A stretch of DNA of 64,000 nucleotides from the NCBI GenBank assembly GCA_001244265.2, contig CDLV01000007.1:744001-808000 (forward strand). The letters run 5' to 3'. This DNA comes from Microbotryum violaceum (taxonomy: Eukaryota). The notes below the pieces were generated by a model. It made no database searches. It worked only from the letters and a program-made list of their open reading frames with translations, and was not told where the DNA came from. Positions 24,506-39,862 of the stretch are shown one piece after another. The stretch's first letter is position 1. Each line of letters opens with the position of its first letter. The translations under genes were made by a program, and so were the position numbers.

Positions 24506-27500
24506 CTACTCCGTCGCGCCACCGACCATGTCGATTAACCACCCCGTCACACTCTTGAGCTCCTGCAACCCATGCCACTCGGCAACATTCTCCGTCACGA
24601 GCAACCTCTTGGATACCTCTCGCTTCGTCTCGGCCATTTGGTACTCGCCACTGCATTCGCAGTACAAGCGCAGGTTCGTGGACTTGATCTGCTTGCATCG
24701 CACACAGCGTTGGTCCTGGAGTTGGAAAGCGACGATGTGACGTTGCACCGATTCGATGATGGTCGCTTCGATTGAGGACCGGTCGTATGCGGCCTTGCAG
24801 CGCTCGCAGCACCAAGGTTGGTTCTTGATCAGTAACTCGGGGTTGCGGCACAAGTCGAGATCTGGAGAGAGAAAGTGGATGTTAGTACGCGTACATGCTG
24901 GAAGAGGCCAGTACGCCCAAGATGCACACACCTCGAACGGAGTTGCAGTTCTTGCACACCACCATCGGGACTTTGAACGTCAAGCAGGGGTTCCGGAATG
25001 TCGCCTCGGCCGCAAATTCGCGCACGCTGATCAAGTCGAGCAAGTTGCGCTTGAGCACCAGCACCTCAGCATGCACCTCCTTGGCCAACCCGAGGATGGC
25101 GCAAGTCGTCTTGATGAACTCAAGCACGGGGTTCTTGAGCTTGAGGTGGGCACCGGGTAAGATGGGGAATTGGAACGCCTCTCGGTTCGCTTTCTCGCGG
25201 TGCATGTCGACTTGAGACGTGACAATCTTGAGCAGCTGTCGGGTCAAAGTCTGAGTGATGAACGTGCGTCCGAGCTCGACCTCGTCGGTCTTGGTCGGGT
25301 CCGCCGCCGTGCCACTTCCATTCGGCAGCAGGCGCAAGGGTGTCCGGATCGAATCACCGGACTTGCGCTTGGCTTGGTACATGCCGTGAACGAAGTGGCC
25401 CACGACGAGCGAAAAGTCATCCTGGCATGCGGGAGGGAGGAATGTCCCAATGTTCCACGACATCTCGATCTCGATCTCCTCGGCGAGCGGCTCCTCGATG
25501 CGTTCGGGATGGGCGCAGATGATGCCGGCAAAGTTGGCCGTGTCCATCCAGACGAGCTGGTCCCAGAACCGCACGATGTCGAGCTGGATATAGCGGAAGA
25601 GCTCGCGCGACGTAACAGACGAGACGACATAGTTCGCATACGCATACGCGCTCGACGACGATGGCTTGCTCGTAAGCAGGAAGAGCCGACCAAAGTCGGC
25701 GTGCACGATCTCAGATCCGAGGCGGCGGAACTCAGCCACGAGCTGGGAGAAGGTCTTGCGCATGAGCCCATGAACGAATCGATACAGGGCTGGGTCGTAG
25801 AGCTTGGCAGCCGGGGAACTGATCCACCGCCAGAAGTGATCGAGCATCCATCGCCAGTGAGCACCGTCGGCTTTTGAGGCCTCGTTCGACCACGACTTGA
25901 CCATCGAGCGTAAAAGATTGAAAGTTTGTGTCGGTAGCACCGCATCTCCAAGAGAGACAGCCGCGTGCGCCGTGCCTTTGGAGTACTCGTCGAGGTTGTG
26001 CGAAGCCGCTTCAAATCCTATCGAGGCGCCACCTTCTCCACCTTCGAGCTCGTACACTAAAGCGGACTGGAGCACGGCATCGACGGCCAGGTTGCGCAAA
26101 TCGATTTCAAGGCACGCGTTCGAGTAGCAACCCGGTCGACCGATTTCGGGGTTCACAAGATCGTCGGCCAGTTGCTGCGAGTTCGCATCGGCTTCGCGAC
26201 CTCCAAGAGCGGGGCGCGACGATGAGGACCACCACAGCACCTGATCGGCTTTGGTCAAGCGCCGAGCAAAGTCAATGTCGGCAAGGAAGACGGGAACGTC
26301 ACGCTCGAGGTTGCAGATTGGGACGTCGAAGCGATCGGCGAGCTCGATTCGTTCGCGGATCCACACGGCGGCGCGCAAGTAGTGCTGGACCATGCGCTTG
26401 CAGGCAGGTAGTTGCCAAGCCAGAGCCGGGAACGTGTTGTCGGCCTTGGTCGAGGCGATGACAATGAAGGGGAACTGAGCCGTAGCAGGGATACGCTCCT
26501 CAAAGTACGACCGAGCCTTGGGCGAGTGAATGATCAACAACGATGAAGACGAGGATCGGTTCGATGCGAGCGCGGCAAGGTCTCGCGAGAGGAGGCGCAG
26601 CGCAGCGTCCTCGCCACTGGGGTAGGCGATGGTGGTCTCGAGAGTACTGGTGTACTCGAACACGCCGACCTCCTTCGCAATCTTTTCCTCGACCCAGCGC
26701 TTCTCCTCAACCTCTTTGCGTTTCTGCAGGTTGTCGGCGTAGTATTGTGACAAACTCGTCACGTCACGCGTCCGCCCTCGTTCGACGATGTAAACCTTGG
26801 CCGTGCCATCGGGTAGGAACAGCCCAAAGACATGGCGACTGTCGCTCGTCGTATGGAAGAGGTACGCATATCGCAGTCGGCGGCCTTGGTCGAGGTATCG
26901 ACGCCGACTGAGCGACACGCCCGGTCGAACAAGATCCTCCAGCTCGAAGTGACGGTCGAGCCCCTGACTGAGCGTGACGCCTCTGTCGGGTACGCAAGAC
27001 GATCCGAGGCGCAGGATCGCCCGCACAGCCAGCGGGACATCCTGCTCATACACTCCATCGACGTTGGGTCCATTCAGGAGCTCGCCGTACCGCGCTTCGT
27101 CTTTGACATAGTCCTCTTCAGAAGTAGTGACCTTGACGAGGTTGATTGCGCGTTGGGAGCGGGGTAAGGTGCGACTGAGCGCTTCGACCGTCGCTGCCTC
27201 GGGGATCTCGCTCTTGTACTTTGGCAATTCGATGAAGTTGATGATGAACTCTCGAGACACCTGAAAGCAGTCTCGATGAACATGAGCATACTCCAACGGA
27301 GAGCTGGCCAGGATAGAAGCCTCGATACTGACCTTCAACCGCACGCTCTGCAGCGTGTCCTTGATCAAAAGCCACAGCTTGAACTCGCCCGGTCGTTCAG
27401 CCACAGGCGTGATCTGCACGACATCCCATACGGCCGACGAGAGCGCGCTTGACTGTTGCATCATCATCGAGCCCAACGCGCCGGTCCTGCCGCTGAACCC

Positions 27501-30500
27501 TCCCGAACGCGCCGCTTGCTTCATCTCTTGACGCTTCTGTCGCCAGATCGGCTTCATGTACGCGATCCAGCCAGAATAGTCCTTGTTTATGTCCGGAGCG
27601 ACCTTGGGGATCGGCGCAGCAGTGATCATCTTGGCCGCCTTCTTCGGTGGGGGGATGTATCCCTTGGGTCCGAAATCCTCCATATCGGCTGTACGCACGA
27701 CGGGCTTCTGCATCGCGAACATCTCGTTGACCTTGCGCTGCTTGAACTTGTCCTCGAGGTTGGCGACGCGGCGGAACAACCAGTCCGGGTGGCGGATACG
27801 AGGCACGGGATTGGCTACTTTTTGCAAGGCCGCAGGGATGGTGATGAGTTTTTGGATGACGGATCCGAGTCGCTCGATGTAGTAGTTCCAATCGAGGATC
27901 GAACGCAGCTCAAAGTTGGTCAGAGCGTTGTCCTTGAGCCACCTGCGCAAAAAGTGCTTCTTGACGGACAGTTCGGCCGAGAAGATGGCGACGGGGACGG
28001 CGCGCTCCGTAACGGGTGCGCCGATGGGTTTGGTCGAAATGATGAACTTGCAGGACAGACCCTTGTCCTTGACCATTTGCTCGCCCAAAAACTCGGCAAG
28101 ACGACGAGCCGTACTGATCGAAGTTGATTTCTGGCCTGCGTATTCGGCAAGCGTCTTGGACATGCTTCGGTTCTCAGCAATGAGTTCGACCAACTCGTCA
28201 TCGGGGAGACTGCTCGCCTTGCCAAACAGGACGTCGAGCCACTTGTCGGCGACCGAAGCGACGGACGCGTAACAGCTGACGAGCGTGTCGCCGAGCAAGA
28301 ACTTCTCAAAGATCTGCGACTGGAACGTCTTGATGAGCTGAAGCTCTCCCCGACGCTTGACTTCGAATCCCTTCAGCTCGGCGAGCGAGCCATCGTCGTT
28401 GAAGACGGCGTATCGCTTCTTGAGCAACTTGTCCTCTTCCTTGGACGACGGCAGGATCATGGCTCGGTATGGACCGTCCAACTCGAAGAAGATCGAGTTT
28501 TCCTTCCGAACCTCGTACGTGCCTCGAACGGGATCGACGAGCTCGTGGTATTGATCGTTCGTGAAGTCCTTGTAGACGAGATGATTGAGCATTGTGCACG
28601 GGTACGAGATGCCGTACTTTTTGCCATTCTTGAGCTTGAAGGTGAAGCCTGGAATGAGATTATAAGCGGCGTCAGAGTCGATGTCCAAACATAGTTCTCG
28701 GAAAGTCAGACCGACCATCAGGGAACGAGCTCGGCAACATGCACCAAATACCATCCGTATCCAACTCGAGCGGCCTCCCAATCTGTTCGACCAACTTCCT
28801 CGCCATCTGAATGATCGAAGCCCCCGTCAAACATGTGATCCCCGCCATCTCCATCGAATGCCATCGAGCACCCTTGCGCATGACATAACCATAGAATGAG
28901 TTGAGGATACACTTGTGCGCCAACTGCAACGAGTCGTACAGGACGATCATCTGCTTGGCGTCAGATATCTCCGGAATCGAGCCCCCCGCTATGGCCGTGT
29001 CGAGGTTCTTCTTCCACGTCTTGTGCAGACCCTTGTAAGTGTATCGTCGATCTCGGAACGTGCGCACCGTATCGATATAAAACGGGTTTTCGCGTTGACA
29101 AATGATCGCTTCCTTAGTCTCGATTTTGGTCTCCTTGGTCTTTTTGTACACCTTGCGTGAGTAATCGCCCAATCGTTTGTGCAACAACGTCGTCTGTTCT
29201 GTAGGGGACAAATCGACGAACCTCCTCGGAGGTTTGCCCGGCCATCTCGGAGGGAACATCTCTTGCTCTAAAGCGTTGCGCACCATCTTGAACTCGTCCA
29301 GTTTGGCGGGAAAGTACTCGCCCCTCCAGGCCCACTTCATCTTGCGCTGGCATTGCTTCCCCGGTCGATTGTAATCGCACGCGGCGCACGTCGCTTCGTT
29401 GACAACTGAATCAGGCTGCAACCGGTTGGACAACATGATGTTGGGGTACATGGCCGCGACGTCGAGATGGTAGATGAGCGGGGTGTCGGATCGCAGTGGG
29501 TTGTCCCGTAATTCCTCCAACATGACCGTGATCTCGGCCTTGACCTCGTCGTAGTTCTCGACGTCATCCAAAGAGTGCTTCCCTTCCTCCGTAATACTGA
29601 ATTGCAGCGCGTCATCGAGATCATCGATGAGCTGCTGTGCAGCCGATGAAACGATCTTGAAATCGGTCGAGATGTCACTTCGGAAGACGCCCGCTTCGAG
29701 CGCCTCGACGTGACCTCCAACATAGGTCTCGGACTCCAAGAGATGCCCTTCGTACATGTTGTTGTGCGCTTCGACGTGTCGATTCGGCATAATGACTTCG
29801 CCCCGGTACGCTTCAACCATCAACAAGGTCTCGCACAACGTGCCCGATCCTTTGCGCAGCACTTCGTCCGGGTTGAGCGGGATAATGTTGCACAACGAGA
29901 ACACGAAAGGATGGACGTATTTCATGTAGAGGTAATAGGTCGCCACCGCATCGGAAACGGAGTACTGCGCCAGGACCTGCGGTTGTTCGACCGCGTACGG
30001 CGTCATGAGTTCCGGGTCGAGTTCGATCGGGTTGTAGCCGAGTTTGGCGACGGTGACGGCTTTGAGACCTTGACTTCCCTGGGGAAGGTACGAATCACGC
30101 TTGACCCATCGGAAGCAGTCCATGTGCACGCAACTGCGACTCTTGAATTCGTCGTCCGAATCGAGCTTGAACCCTGTCTCCTTGTACATGTCAATCCCGT
30201 GCGCCGTCGCCCTTGCGAGCAGGAAAGGGAAATCGAACGAGTCACCGTTGTACGTCGCGATGACGGTCGGTTTGGCCTGTCGAATGTGCTCAAAGAAGCG
30301 CCCGATTGTCCCTTTTTCATCGGCTTCGTTGAAGATCATGAAAGGGCCTTCGTACTCGGCTTTGGGCGTGTATTCAAAGTCCTCAATGTCGGCACTGACG
30401 ATCTCGCGGTTCGTGATGAGGAAGCCCTGACCGTCGATCATGTACGAAATCATCATCACTTGATCGGTCTGCTGGTCCGGGAATTTGAGGGGTGCCTTTG

Positions 30501-31883
30501 TCGTTTCGATATCGAAGGCCATCACGACGGGTTCGGCACGCGAGACTCGCTCTTTGATCAATGAGATCGACACCTCCCCGTGGTCGGCCTTGACGTCGTA
30601 CCACAACCCCACACGAATGTCTGTGCGATGCAATCACGGCCGAATTTTTTAGAACCGTTTCGCGGAGAAGTCTACGCATAATCTCACTGCACGCACCCTT
30701 GTCAATCGCCACTCGAAGATAGTACGGCACATCATACTCTCGGATGTCAAGAATATGATCTGTCGCCGGCCCCGCCGAGCCCGCCGCGGCACCGACCTGA
30801 GCGAATGACTTGGACTTGCCCTTGCCCGAACCAATGTCCTCCATATCGTAGTCCATCTCGTTCGCTCGATCAGCCGAGATTACTTCGGCGTACGTGTCGA
30901 CCGCGTCGAGCTTTTCTCGGTTTTTGGTTGCGATCGGGAGGAGCTCGCGTCGGACGGCGAAGAGGTCGTTTTGGTTGCGGAAGTGAAGGGCAACGTATTC
31001 CCGCCGGTAACCTAGAAGATGGTTGGGCTGTAGCGGGAAACAGAAGAGGTCAGCGGGGGTGGCCTTCTGTCCTGAGGCTGCCGGCGGTTAGCTGACTGAC
31101 CAGTTTAAGATCCTCCTTTCGAACTCGCTGAACCTTGGTGACGAGCTCTTCAAACTTGCGCAAAACCCATTCCTCGACTTGACCCTCGTGTCCTTTCTAT
31201 TAAATGGGCCAAGCGGAACGGTCCCATGTTAGCGCTACACAAGTGAAGGATTCTCATCCGAAACAGATCTCTGCCCTCCGTCTCGGCGTCCCCTTGAAAC
31301 TTACGCGACAAGCGATGTAGAAATAAGGTTGATAGCAAATCGTGCTCTTGAACATATCACCATCATCTTGGATGAAATAGTAATCGACTCCCGCTCTCGG
31401 TGGTGCTCCAGAATCATCGGGAACCAAAGTCTGCCCAGAGCGATAGCATAAAGAAATAGTGGTCAGCCTCGACCCGTGACGGCAGACGTACTTCCCATGT
31501 GATTGCAACTAACGGCAATCATGTTGACGAGCCACCCGACCTTGGGCGGCCCTTGGTCGTACTTTGCGAATCCGAGGGACTCATCCAACGCGTCCCAAGC
31601 CTGCGCAGGAGGAACTCCATACACCACCCGTCAGCCACCCACAGAGCATTTAAATAAACCTCACGACCCGACAGTCACGCACCTTTGCGTCCTCGATCTT
31701 ATCCCCTTCCTTAGTCCCCTCCGCCTCAGTCTGCAACACCACACCGGACGAAGCCCCTCCTCGATTACTACTCCCTCCTCTTCCTCTTCCTCGGAAAGAT
31801 CCCCTTCCACCACCACCTCCTCCTCCTCCTCCTCCTCCGCCTCGGTAATTTCCGCCCCTTCCTCGGGGTTTATACGGTGCCAT
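24506..31883 (-). CDS. POL2: DNA polymerase epsilon catalytic subunit
   Basis: [15 protein letters not shown] exonuclease motif, [31 protein letters not shown]-terminal Cys motifs; at least 8 exons. Confidence 0.97.
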
Positions 31884-31907
31884 TTGAAAAACGTTCCAGA
31901 AAGATCT

Positions 31908-32205
31908 CCGCGTGTGTGTTCCGGTTTGTCGGGCGTGGCGACGACGCGCGAAGCGACGCGTCCAAGTCGTCCAAGTCGCGAGTACGGACGGTATAGCGAG
32001 GCCCGGCCGCGTTGATCCGTAATCGGTTCGACTGGTATAATGCTCGATAGCCGACTGATAGGAAACAAAGATGGGCACCAACGTTTCCTGAACCTCGACG
32101 ACGCTGCCAACGTACGAGACGGTGAGAAAGAATGAATCTGGGTCACAAAGTCAAGCGCGCTCGAGCTCGGGCAATTTACGAAGCACGACGCGCCTCGCGT
32201 TTCGC
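31908..32205. promoter_or_regulatory. Cluster of MCB-like (ACGCG/CGCG) sites upstream of POL2
   Basis: ACGCGT at 31956-31961 plus several CGCG cores; similar ACGCG clusters lie upstream of MCM7 (1864-2035). Confidence 0.4.
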
Positions 32206-32739
32206 TCCGGGGCAGTCCGGGGCACTGGGTCACGGCGGACTGAACGAGTTCACTCCAGTTGGAGCAAGTGCCTTCGTGCGATCGGTATTCTTATCTCAAA
32301 GAGTTCAGTAGACGATCACTTGGTTTTGAAGAGCTTACATTGATTATAGGTGTACACTCATTCGAGATCGGGTCACGCTAACAACGGAATCCACCCCTAT
32401 TCGAGCTCTACTCGGGCGCGGACTCTAAAAGGTCCGAGGGATGATTGTATTTGGTACATGCAGTAAAGCTCGATTGCGATGGTCCACGAGTTGGAAAGAA
32501 CGCAGATGAGAAAGGAACTGAAGAAGGAAAAGCACCCCACTCGTACTACCCCTTTGATGATCAACCTGTGCAGAATCGGTGCCCAAGCGATGTCGAGAGA
32601 GAAGATGTAAGGGGAAGTCAAGCCCGGCTACAATAGTACGATGGCAGAGCATGTCGTATAATCGCCGATGCAGCATTCATTCATGCTCGCACGCCACACT
32701 CCCCTCCCTCTCCTTGAATACGCCCACTTTGACCACATT

Positions 32740-34164
<1,425 letters not shown>

Positions 34165-34529
34165 GGTTCGAGGCGCGATAAGGAGTTGAGACGGGGTGGG
34201 AGAGTGCGAAGGCAGAGAGAGCTAATCCCGAGTCGGGCTGAGACTGAGATCCTAAGGCAGGCCACGCCGGGCCACGCCGTAAATGGCCGGTCACCTCAAG
34301 CTGGTTGGTGCTCACTCCGCGGTATCACTCCGCCGGGCAACACGCGCGCCTTGCCCTTCCTGGGCGCTTGGGCCGGGTGGGATCAGCGGTGCAATCTGGA
34401 ACACTAATGCCTATTTGGCGTTCTAGCGTCTAATACGCCTTGGTAATCATCAAGTCGCTGCCCGCCCCCGCTCCTCTTCGGTCCTTGCTCTTCGCCCCCC
34501 CGTTGCTTCCCAGGTGATCGATCACCAAC

Positions 34530-36179
34530 ATGTCAAGCACATACAATGAGGCGGATTCGGATCTGACGTTGGGACAACTGCTGACTCGGTCACTGGCCAG
34601 CGCCAACATTGTGCTCAACGCCGACTCGCCGAACGAGCTCGCCATACAAGTGCGTCACTGCGCACCTCCCCTCTCATTCTGTGATGCAGCAACCTAACCC
34701 CCACCCTCTCCACTCACACACACCAGAACCGCATACACTCCACCTTATCGGACCTCAAGCTATGCTCTTCGCTCATCTCCCACCTCTCAATCCTGTCGCC
34801 GAACGAGACGTTGGAAGAAGTGCAGACGCGTGACCTGCGATGCCTGCTCGTCGATGCGCTCAGCGCTCAATTACAAGTGCTCGTCAAGACCAAAGGAGCT
34901 GTCGAGAGGATGCAATGGTTGCAACAGGCCAAGGTCGGCTCTGCCTTTCGAGCTCCGAGCGCTCTACGGCGACTGATCCTCCCTACCCCACCCACTTCGG
35001 CCTTACCTCACAGACCCTCTTTGCCTCCTACGTCGCTCTGATCGATCGATACCAAGTCGTTGCCGAAAACCAGAGATCGACCTTCGCAGGACCGCAACAT
35101 GCGACCCAGGATCCGACACGCCGCCGCGAGAGCAAGATTGCGCAGTACAAGATGGAGAAGGAGATCAAGAACAAGTTGGACGTGAGTTGGGTAAAGCGTG
35201 TCGAACATCGTTCGGCGATGCTCATCTACGCTTCACCTTTTGATTTTCACAGGAATTGAGGAAACGAAGGAATGAACAAAGAACCAAGGCAAGAGGCACG
35301 CGCATCTCCCCCACCTCTTCGTCCATGACGGCGATGACCTCCTCATCCACCGCCCCCACTACGATCGAGCCCGACCCCATCGACGACGACTCGTACGACT
35401 CCGACGACGACGAGACCGAAGTCGCTCGACCCTTGTGCATCCAACTCCTCTTGCAACACTACGTACGCGCCCACGCCGAACTGGCATCGATCGAACAAGA
35501 ACTGGAACTGCTGAGTCACGGGATGAAGATGAGCGATCTGCCTAGTGGGCCTTCGGGAAGTGGTAGTAATGGGAATGGGGCACAGGGAAAAAGTAGGGAG
35601 GGGGAAGATGATACCAGTTGGAGGTTGGACAAAGTCGATCGAGGGGCTCAGGGACCGTTGTTGGACAAGGAGGGCAAGGTGAGTCAAATGCATCCATCGA
35701 AGAATCGTCTCCACAACGAGATATAATAACTCCCGTGACTCTATTCATTCAGGTCCTACGACCCTTTACGATCCTCCCCTCGAGCAAATCCTCCATAGGC
35801 GGTCTCCTCTCCACTCGCCTCCGCCTCCAATCCGAAGTATTCCGATCCGGGCACCGACTTCCCACTATGTCCATCGATGAATTCCTCGACCAAGAACAAG
35901 AAAGAGGCAACATACTTCAAGGGGGTGGACCTTCGAGTTCGGACGCGGTCGATCAAGCGAGGAGGGATGAACAGGCTGAGAAGGAGGACGATACGCAGGC
36001 TGGCTATGATCGGGAGGAGAAAGAACTTTGGAAGGCGAGGGAGTGGGATGATTATAGAGATGCGCACAGGAAGGGGGAAGGGAATATGTGAGTCGTGACG
36101 GTTTGTCCAAAGAGGAGGATGGCATGGCGATGCTGATACGTTGGAAATCCTCTCGTCTCACAGGCACAATCGAGGATGA
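34530..36179 (+). CDS. TAP42: TAP42/alpha4 PP2A regulatory protein
   Basis: DPTRRRESKIAQYK, GPLLDKEGKVLRPF, VFRSGHRLPTMSIDEFL, KAREWDDYRDAHRKGEGNMHNRG*. Confidence 0.9.
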
Positions 36180-36202
36180 TCAACGACTCTCCTCCACCAT
36201 GT

Positions 36203-36934
36203 CTATACAGAATCGAAATGCAATGCAATGAATCTAGTATCTTGCCCTTGCGGTTTCACCTTTGGACACGATGACACCCGGCCCTCCACCACCATGATCC
36301 GCCTTACGACGATGGTACCGAGATCGTCACGGGGACATCGACCGTCAGGCAATACTGGAAAATCAACCCACGCAAGACAAAACCAAATCAGTGTCTTCTC
36401 TTCCTTCAAACCCCCTCAATCTTTTCTTTGTAAACTCACCGCCTCAGTATAAGCCACTCCCACCGCGATCCCCGCCGAATCATTCCCACACGCCTTGGCG
36501 AAACATGACCCGACATCTTGAATCCATGACGGGATAGTACAAATACATTCTGCGTCGTCTGTGGCGCACCAAGTCGCCACGGTGTTGCGAGCGATACAAC
36601 CTGTGACACTGAAGGGTATTTGGACGGTTGGAGAGAGGGTTTTGGTTTCAGGGAGTTGAGACTCTGTCGCCTGCCGAGGAATTCGGATTGGGGAAAAAAA
36701 ACACCGGACTCACCATGCTGGCACAATGGGTTGTTTCTCCCCACTCCTCTTGGACATTCTTTTGAGCGTTTCGAATCCTCTTGCGACCAGAGGGCCCGGC
36801 GAAGATGACGACGGTTCGACGGCACTCATGTCCGATGAAGGAATTGCGCCGCCGAGATGAATGAGCATCGACACGACCAGGAGAGCGAAAAGTTTGAAGC
36901 CCAGAATGGAGGGTCTTGTTGATGTTGATGACAT
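36203..36934 (-). CDS. Small secreted CFEM-domain protein (3 exons)
   Basis: Signal-like FKLFALLVVSMLIHLGGA; spliced PAC..CIARNTVATWCATDDAECICTIPSWIQDVGSCFAKAC...FC gives the 8-Cys CFEM spacing. Confidence 0.75.
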
Positions 36935-37773
36935 GGTGATTGGTGTAGGTTGCCGAACTGTTTGAGTGTTTCTTGGACGATAGTTGATGAAGCGATATGG
37001 TGAATGTAGTCATAATCCGTCTTTCCTCACTCTGGTCAACACAAGGTAGTCGAAGCCGGCCTTTGTTAGGTCGCGCCGCGCGGGAGAACAAAGGCAGCCC
37101 GCGTTTGGGTCGTTAAGCCGGAAACTTGACATCCGGCCAACACGATGAAAAGATCCCTCTTCGGCAACGGGTTGAATACTTGTTGAGGAACGGCGCTCAA
37201 ATTGAATCCACTTATGGACCGACACGAGTCAAACATAGTCCCCGCCAGGTTCCGCCGACTGGTCCATGCAGGGTCTTCATCCGGCCCCTTCGCCAAGCCC
37301 ACGAGCACTTCATTCGCCAAATTATCTTTTGTTGAAACCCAAAAAACAATGCGGAAATGACATCCGCATCGGATGGTTGGGGGCGCTGTGTAGGGAGGTG
37401 GGTAAGCCGAAAGAACATAAATGGGAAATTGCCAGGCTGCGGCCACGGCTGTCGAAATTTCGAGCACCGGTGTGGTGGCTGCAAACGCGCGAGTCCCCAG
37501 TCACCAGGGTCCCGCATCGGCTCTCGAACTCGATTGGGGTTCGCCGCTTCGGCAGCCTGGGATTGGGTACGGCATCGCACTCACGATCCCAGAACGATTC
37601 ATAGAGCACTGACAGGTGTGTCATTAGACTCAGGTCCACCGGCAGAGGACTCGGAACCTTTCCAAATTGATCCAAGGTCACACCCGGCGGTTACGTGTCG
37701 AAAAGTTAAGCTGAGTCGGCGAGTGCGACCGCGGACTCGGACGCCCAGGCCCCCCCCGAAGGCCCCCGAAGGC

Positions 37774-39862
37774 AGGACCCCCGAAAGCCCAGCCAGAGGC
37801 GCATGCGGAAAAACGCCCTTTTTTGGCCATTTTGTCAAAGTTTTTTTACCCTATTTTGGCTCCAAAATGTCAAAAGTTCGCATGCGCCTCGGAAATATTA
37901 TCAAAATGTGTTCTACATGCTCCAAAAATCGCTCAAAAGTCCTCGAAAACGCGTTCCGAGCGTTTGCGGGCGCGTCGCTTCGGCTGGTGTTGCGCGTGGC
38001 TCCACGCTTCAAACAAGCCTTCCTTGCTTTGCTGGCTGGCTCGCTGTTTCGTTGTCAGACTTCCTTTTCGCTGAAGTTGAGCTCCTTGTTTCCGCGGTGG
38101 CATTTGTGCGGCTTGTAGAGGTTCCGCCGGCGGCATCTCGCAGGCCGGGCACGCTCCGAAGGGCGGCAAATCTTTGCTCGGCATGTGCGCTCGTGCTGAT
38201 TAGGCGCTCGTCCGGGTAACATGAGGTAAGGTCCGGGGTTGAACGATATGTAGTCGTTGACGGGCCTAATGACTCGATGACCTGTCGACCATCAATCATG
38301 CGGAACGGCATAGTGCCATCAATGAGGTGTGTGGAATAGCATGTTTTCTTGATGAGGCGAAGCTCCTGTACGACGACATTTGACAGTAGAATTTTCACCA
38401 GCTCCTTTGTAAAAGGAGCAGTTAACGAGGCGAGCGTGTCTTGGTTGCAGTGGTTTGTTGTCACTCTGCTGTAGATGTGTCGCACTGTAGGACACAAGAC
38501 TTGTGTCAAACGAGAACTTCCTCAACAGCCACTCAAAACAACGTACCAATTCCAATGGACAGCACTTCTTCTCCATGAACAGTTTGATCGCAGCTGAGTG
38601 AATGCATGCCACACTTGAGGCCAAAGCAGATCAGAGATCCAATCTCCAATGGTGTGGCAGCGGTTACAGCTCCGTCAAGCGATCCAAAATGAGGGTAGCG
38701 TTGTGCTAGCGCTCCATACTGCTTGTCTCTCTCAGGGAGCTTTTCCTAGAAGTATAGGACCGGCAAAACATTAGATCCAGTTGCCTTCGTTCCTAAATTC
38801 AGCGACAACTCACTTGCATGCGGCCATCCTCAGTATAGACATTCTTCTGGATCCTCGTGTGTTGTGAGTGCTCGGGCCATCTGGTCGCCTCCAGTCCAGC
38901 AAAAGCTCCTCGTCGTGCCCGCCATGTCTTCGCAGCGAAATGGTCCCATGGACTGTACCAACCCTTTCAAGACGCATGAATGTGCTGTACTGCGTCCTTC
39001 CTCGGTATTCGCTAACCCCTACGCCTGCCTCTCCGCGAGTTGGGTCGCTCGATTCCATCGGCCTCCCTTGAGTAGAACAGCTTGAGGTGGCTACACTTAT
39101 GAGCAGCTTGATGGGCAATCAGGTTGGCCAGTTCAGCGAGAAATTGGCATCACGAGCATCGACAACTTGAGGCGCAGTTGAAGTTTCAAGTTTGTGGGCT
39201 GTGTAGAACTGAACACGCGTGAGCTTAGACCAAATTTTCGATAGTTGAGCTTGGTAGACGCACGATTGGTCGTGAGAAGCTGTTTGCCTTCTCAACGGCA
39301 TTGAGTAGATGATAAGGTCGAGTACTGGGTGTGCTCGTCTTTGGACAACTCGATGTGAAGAGACGCGTCGGCGGGAGCGACATCGAAGGCGAGGAGCTCG
39401 GCGATCGTCATGTTCATGTTGGTGAGCGGCGATAATCAATCGAAGGCATCGTTCAAATAGTAGGCCTGCATGGGATGATGTTGTCGTGCTATGCTCCAAT
39501 CTCGGACCGAAGTGAAGCGGAACGGAACCTGCGCCCCTTCAATATCGAATCGGCCTAATCCCTCACAGCCACTTAACTCAAGTGATTACCAAAGATGGCT
39601 AGTACCAAGTGACTTGTTCAAGCGCGAGCATCGCGAAACAACCGGGTCCAAAGTCTTGCCGTAGGCTGCTCAGGGTAGGCCAAAATTGGGTCGACTCTCG
39701 GGAAAATGTCAAAATATAGACATGCGCCTCGGGGGCGAAACGTGTGTTTCGTCTCAAAATGTCAATTTTTTGCAATGCGCCTCGACGATTTTCAGGATTT
39801 TGGGTCCTCAAAATGTCAAAAAAAAAAAAAATGGCGCCTCCGGCTGGGCTTTCGGGGGTCCT
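37774..39862. mobile_element. Non-autonomous DNA transposon (2.09 kb), AGGACCCC-terminus family, copy 2
   Basis: TIR AGGACCCCCGAAAGCCCAGCC(A/G)GAGGCGC (29 bp, 1 mismatch) at both ends; perfect 8-bp TSD CCGAAGGC at 37766-37773 and 39863-39870; subterminal AAAATGTCAA..GCGCCTC repeats. Confidence 0.92.

Noticed and set aside
24756-30564. Long + strand ORFs (e.g. 25170-25877, 29710-30564)
   Set aside because: Antisense shadows of GC3-rich POL2 codons
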